Assembly (NCBI GenBank): GCA_902493835.1
Contig: CABURG010000001.1
Location: forward strand, 1-62,520
DNA: 62,520 nucleotides
Direction of reading: 5' to 3'
DNA from: an uncultured Collinsella sp.
GTDB taxonomy: Bacteria; Actinomycetota; Coriobacteriia; Coriobacteriales; Coriobacteriaceae
The position numbers and the translations under genes were made by a program. The notes beneath the pieces were generated by a model. It worked only from the letters and a program-made list of their open reading frames with translations. It searched no databases and was not told the origin of the DNA. This document shows, piece after piece, positions 58,268 through 62,520 of this stretch (positions are counted from its first letter, which is position 1; every line of letters begins with the position of its first letter).

Positions 58268-59962
58268 CTATTTGGCCAGCTCCTGAACGATCCAGTCAAT
58301 TGCACCTTCGGGATCGTTGGTAAGGTCGATATACTCCTTGCCCCTTGTGGTGAGCAGTTTAATTCCAAGGCGATCGGTATCGGCCTTCATAGCGTCATAG
58401 TACATGCGTGCCTGGGGCGCCAGAACAATCACGTTGTACTGATCCATCGTCTCATAGTGGCTTCCGTACGCACCGGACTGAGAAACCAGATCGATACCCT
58501 TAGCAGCGGCACCTTCGCGAAGAGCATTTGCCAAGAGAGTCGAAGTGCCGGCACCCTGGCAAAGCACAAGCACGCGGATCTGCTCCGCCTTGTCCTTTAC
58601 CGCCTCGAGAGCTTTTGCGACATTTTCCTGTGCGGCAATAGCATCTGCATCCGAGTTTCCTGCAGTCTCCTTTGCAGACTCTTCCAAACAAAGCTGATGG
58701 TCATACGCCTTGCAGAACGGATAGTAAATCACAAAGTCAACGACCAACAGCACTGCCATCAATACGAGAGAACGCAGATCGAGACCCGTGGTGAGGAACG
58801 CACCAATTGGGCCGGGAAGCGCCCACGGCATGGTATACATGGGGGCGTTCATTCCAATGACGTCAATGAAAAATTTACCGATAATGGCGTTGACCATAGG
58901 AGCCACTAGGAAGGGCACGAACATATAGGGATTGAGAACAATCGGCATACCGAAGATAACGGGCTCGTTAACTCCAAAAATCACCGGGATAATCGATGCC
59001 TTGCCCATGGCTTTAAGCTGCTTGGAGCGCATAAACATGATCAGGATAATAGGAACGATGAACGTGCAGCCAGAACCGCCCAGACCGCCGATGAAGCTTG
59101 TAAAGTCCTGCGTGAGAGCAATTGACGGGTGTCCACCTGCTTGGAAAACCTCAAGATTGGTAACGGTATTGCCGTAGAGCGCAGCATTGATCGGACTCAT
59201 GACAACCGAAGCACCGTGGATACCCATAAATTGGAAAAGCGCGACCGCGCCTTCGATAAGCGCCATGCCAGGATAGGTGTCGACCGCGGAGAACAGCGGC
59301 GAGATGAGAGCGGATACCAAATTGGCGAACGGCACAGCAAGCAGCTTGCGGCTCGCAAGATCGATAAAAGCGCACGCAAGGATCGAAAACCCAAATGCAA
59401 AGATATCGCGAAAACTCTGCGCAATAGAGCCAGGGACCTCTTTGGGAAGCTTGATCGTCACATTATGGCTAATGCACACCTTATAGATATTAACAGTCAA
59501 GAATGCGGCTACGAACGCAGCGAGAAAACCCTTGGTTCCCATATAGCCGGTTTCAAAAACAGATGTATCTGCTCCGCCAATCGAGACAACATCGTTCGTC
59601 ACCGATAGCAAGAGCATGCCGCACATGGCACAAACCATGCACGAGGTGGGGTTGAGAGATTTACCCGAAGGCATGCGACGGTTCATCGACATGGCAAGTG
59701 AGCTCGCCGTGGTGCCGGCCACCATAATGCCAAGAAGTCCCATGGTATATGCATAGATTTTATTGAAGAAATCCAGCACCTCAGACGGAAGCGTGATGCC
59801 TACATAGGCAGGGAGCGTCGAAAGAAGAAGGAACAGGCTCGAGAACAGCACAATTGGCATATTCGAGAGAAAGCCATCCTTAATCGCCACCAGATAAATG
59901 TTCCTCGAGATTTTGTCGAAGAGGGGCTGGTGTTTTTCAAGGAATTTGACGATAGCGTCCAT
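58268..59962 (-). CDS. lacE: PTS lactose-family EIICB, copy 4 (lower GC, no adjacent GH1)
   Basis: GIHGASVV, GVNEP, EIIB VLCQGAGTS; GAAAGGA RBS. Confidence 0.88.
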   Translation of the reverse strand: MDAIVKFLEKHQPLFDKISRNIYLVAIKDGFLSNMPIVLFSSLFLLLSTLPAYVGITLPSEVLDFFNKIYAYTMGLLGIMVAGTTASSLAMSMNRRMPSGKSLNPTSCMVCAMCGMLLLSVTNDVVSIGGADTSVFETGYMGTKGFLAAFVAAFLTVNIYKVCISHNVTIKLPKEVPGSIAQSFRDIFAFGFSILACAFIDLASRKLLAVPFANLVSALISPLFSAVDTYPGMALIEGAVALFQFMGIHGASVVMSPINAALYGNTVTNLEVFQAGGHPSIALTQDFTSFIGGLGGSGCTFIVPIILIMFMRSKQLKAMGKASIIPVIFGVNEPVIFGMPIVLNPYMFVPFLVAPMVNAIIGKFFIDVIGMNAPMYTMPWALPGPIGAFLTTGLDLRSLVLMAVLLVVDFVIYYPFCKAYDHQLCLEESAKETAGNSDADAIAAQENVAKALEAVKDKAEQIRVLVLCQGAGTSTLLANALREGAAAKGIDLVSQSGAYGSHYETMDQYNVIVLAPQARMYYDAMKADTDRLGIKLLTTRGKEYIDLTNDPEGAIDWIVQELAK

Positions 59963-60253
59963 AACACATCCTTTCATGATTCCCGGGCACGTAACGATTT
60001 ATCCGGACTCAACCGTCGTCGTCCCCGTTTGTATCCACTTATGTAAGTGAATACGTTCTTGTGCGAAATGTAATATCATTTGCGCGATTTATCATAACCA
60101 ATTCTTTTTCCGCTTTGTCGATATGTCAAGAAATCAAATTCTTATTCGGTGAACGGTAGTTGATTAATATAAGGTTTTCCCAGCTAAAGGCTATTTTTCC
60201 GAGCAGTACAATAAGTTTGCAACCGTTCACCGATTGGATATAACATATTTAAT

Positions 60254-60271
60254 ATATTGTTGTAACAATAT
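60254..60271. promoter_or_regulatory. Candidate GntR operator
   Basis: Near-palindrome ATATTGTTGTAACAATAT in the divergent promoter. Confidence 0.55.
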
Positions 60272-60317
60272 TAGTGACGATGTCACAAGCCTGTCGTTCT
60301 AGTCAAAGGAAGTAACA

Positions 60318-61238
60318 ATGCCCAAACGATTACTGAACATGTCCGCATCCGATTTTGCCGCCACGTCACCCATGGATCTAAAGCAGGCAATTCTGGCCTC
60401 CGAGGGACGTACCATCATGGCGGAAAACGTACCCTCTTCCCAATTTCTCAGCGGCGTTACTAATGCAGAAATCGAACGTGCCGCAGGTGCCGACCTGCTT
60501 CTGTTTAACGCGTTCGATGTGTTCGATCCAGTTATTGCCGGTATTCCAGATGATCTCAATGAAAACCCGGTCACTTGGGTGAAGCGAGCATGCGGAAGGC
60601 CGATTGGCGTCAATCTGGAGCCAGTTGATAACGAGGCAGAGATGTCTGAATCCCGTACGGAAATCCCCATGGGTCGTCGCGTCTCTCCCAAGACCTTAGA
60701 AAAGGCTAACGAACTCGGATTTGATTTTATCTGCCTGACGGGCAACCCTGGAACTGGCGTCTCCAACGATGCGATCGCCCATTCAATCAAACTCTCCAAA
60801 GAGCATTTCAATGGCCTGATCATAGCCGGAAAAATGCATGGAGCAGGCGTTGCGGAACCTGTCATGACGCTCGAAATAGCGCGCGAGTTTGTTGACCTCG
60901 GTGTCGATATCCTTCTCGTGCCAGCCCCCTACACCGTCCCCTGCTTCCAAGAAGCAGACCTGCGCGCCATCGTAGACTTTGTACGATCCTACAACGTAGG
61001 CAAGTCAATTGAAGAGAAGGTTCTCGTCATGGCGGCGAACGGGACGAGTCAAGACTCTTGCGACAGCGAGACCATTAAGAAAATAGGCCTTGCAGCAAAA
61101 GCAGCCGGCGCTGACCTCCAACATATCGGGGACTCCATGAACGGTATTTGCCTGCCCCAGAATATCTTCACGCTCGGACAAGCCCTTCGTGGATACAGGC
61201 ATCAGATCATCATGCTGAGCCGCTCTGTGATACGTTAA
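60318..61238 (+). CDS. Conserved hypothetical protein, probable TIM barrel, PTS-associated
   Basis: ASEGRT, GRPIGVNLEP, LTGNPGTGV, IAGKMHGAG, HIGD motifs; AAGGA RBS; function not assignable. Confidence 0.75.
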   Translation: MPKRLLNMSASDFAATSPMDLKQAILASEGRTIMAENVPSSQFLSGVTNAEIERAAGADLLLFNAFDVFDPVIAGIPDDLNENPVTWVKRACGRPIGVNLEPVDNEAEMSESRTEIPMGRRVSPKTLEKANELGFDFICLTGNPGTGVSNDAIAHSIKLSKEHFNGLIIAGKMHGAGVAEPVMTLEIAREFVDLGVDILLVPAPYTVPCFQEADLRAIVDFVRSYNVGKSIEEKVLVMAANGTSQDSCDSETIKKIGLAAKAAGADLQHIGDSMNGICLPQNIFTLGQALRGYRHQIIMLSRSVIR

Positions 61239-61292
61239 GGTTACCTTGCCCACGTTACATCCCGACTGAGGCAACCATCAGGTATAACCAAC

Positions 61293-62030
61293 ATGCAAAC
61301 TGAGGCTCTAATGCTCGATACACACGAAAAACGGCCACTCTATTTACAGCTCACCGACGCGCTGCTCAAGCAGATCGTCGATGAATATCAAGCAGACGAT
61401 AAACTTCCAACAGAAATGGAACTCTGCGACGAATACGCCGTAAGCAGAACAACCGTCCGACTTGCCATGAGTGAGCTGGAGCGTCGTGGAAGTATCTATC
61501 GAATCCAAGGTAAGGGATCGTTTGTTGCACCGAAACGCGTTAGCGAGCTCAATTCACTTTTAGACTTTGACTTTGCAAGCCATTGCGATGGCGTTGATCC
61601 GGATGCCATCACCAAACATTTCGGCGGCCTCACATCAGGTCGTCCAATTTCCGTAATGATGCTCCAACAATTTGGATGTCAAAGTCGCGATGAAATTCAG
61701 CGTCTTGAATTGACCTACGAACTTGAAGGCAGCTTCATAGGCGCTGATACGTTCTTCATTTCAAAGTCGCGCGTTCCGAATAACCAGTTAGATTTTCAGG
61801 CATTTAGCAGAATCATGAACGACTTGTCCAAGTCTATCCAATCTGTTAGGGAAAGCTATAGAGCACGTCAGCTTAGCGATTCCGAAGCCAGTAATTATGG
61901 TGTTGCAAAACTTCCGGTCATCGAACTGACTCATTATGCTTACGACTCCGGAGGCAAACTAATCTCAATTGTCTGCCGCACCGTCTTAACTGGGCGAATC
62001 CCTTATCAAAACTTTATTTTCAAGTCCTAA
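61293..62030 (+). CDS. GntR (HutC/UTRA-like) regulator
   Basis: PLYLQL...[23 protein letters not shown]...GKGSFV. Confidence 0.9.
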   Translation: MQTEALMLDTHEKRPLYLQLTDALLKQIVDEYQADDKLPTEMELCDEYAVSRTTVRLAMSELERRGSIYRIQGKGSFVAPKRVSELNSLLDFDFASHCDGVDPDAITKHFGGLTSGRPISVMMLQQFGCQSRDEIQRLELTYELEGSFIGADTFFISKSRVPNNQLDFQAFSRIMNDLSKSIQSVRESYRARQLSDSEASNYGVAKLPVIELTHYAYDSGGKLISIVCRTVLTGRIPYQNFIFKS

Positions 62031-62042
62031 TGTTCTTTTTCT

Positions 62043-62183
62043 TTTGTCTCGATCTGTAACACGTAGCCGAGTTTTTAAGTCCTAACCGTTACAGATCGAG
62101 ACAAACAAGGTAGGCCCCGCCGAATTGTCTCAATCTGTAACATCTGGTTGGTGGTTTCACCCCTACCTGTTACAGGTTGAGAC
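62043..62183. repeat. REPIN-like cluster 4 (2 units)
   Basis: Same unit as clusters 1-3. Confidence 0.85.
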
Positions 62184-62302
62184 GATTTGATAGTGGAGTC
62201 CTTATTTGCGCGTCATATCGCGTAGCGCTGACGCGCTGGTTTCCACAATGACAGGAGGTAAAAGTCCTCCCGCATCACCCGTTGGCAATCCCGTAGCGAT
62301 AA

Positions 62303-62416
62303 CTAGCAAATAACCCGCGTATGCTCCTCGATGGCGGCGCGGTCCTCGACCGAGATACTCGGCTCGCACACCACGGCGTCCAGGCTGTCCAGGCGGCAGA
62401 AGGTGTAGAAGTCCGG
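62303..62416 (-). pseudogene. C-terminal tail remnant of a DeoR-family regulator
   Basis: PDFYTFCRLDSLDAVVCEPSISVEDRAAIEEHTRVIC*; GC-rich patch in AT-richer context. Confidence 0.6.
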
Positions 62417-62520
62417 TTTATGTATGATGGCATGTGTGCCATTTCGATGCTCCCTTACGATTATCCGGAACTCATCAGAAGTTATGGAATCCAGTGTAAG
62501 ATGTCTAACAAGATCAAACC

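Noticed and set aside
46319..62183. Repeat-spacer clusters as CRISPR arrays
   Set aside because: Only 2-3 units each, repeats alternate in orientation, inner spacers are similar to one another, and there are no cas genes.
1..62520. tRNA, rRNA, IS transposases, integrases, prophage genes
   Set aside because: None recognisable in the ORF track or intergenic sequence by inspection.

Overview
High-GC bacterial chromosomal segment. Codon style, gene content and membrane-anchored LuxR regulators suggest a gut Coriobacteriia member such as Collinsella; this is an inference and was not verified. No rRNA, tRNA, CRISPR, transposase or integrase was recognised. Order: (1) a heterodimeric ABC exporter whose first ~200 bp is a foreign histidine-kinase fragment (probable chimera), a DAHP synthase, a GNAT and gene remnants. 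(2) A ~16 kb agmatine/polyamine cluster with two agmatine deiminases (one frameshifted), putrescine carbamoyltransferase, two APC transporters, three LuxR regulators, an amidohydrolase and a MATE, but no carbamate kinase. (3) An orphan BceAB-type ABC transporter and a NUDIX-Vsr fusion. (4) A ~34 kb galactoside region with galKT, the tagatose-6-P pathway, one lactose EIIA, four EIICB, three GH1 phospho-beta-galactosidases and four LacI paralogs, plus a Fic gene and DeoR remnants. The most interesting unannotated signals are non-coding: a distinct operator variant for each LacI paralog, a recurrent ACCGTTCAC motif often paired at 21-bp spacing in catabolic promoters, a ~150-nt covarying structured repeat, two candidate leader peptides in the polyamine cluster, and several REPIN/MITE-like palindrome families.
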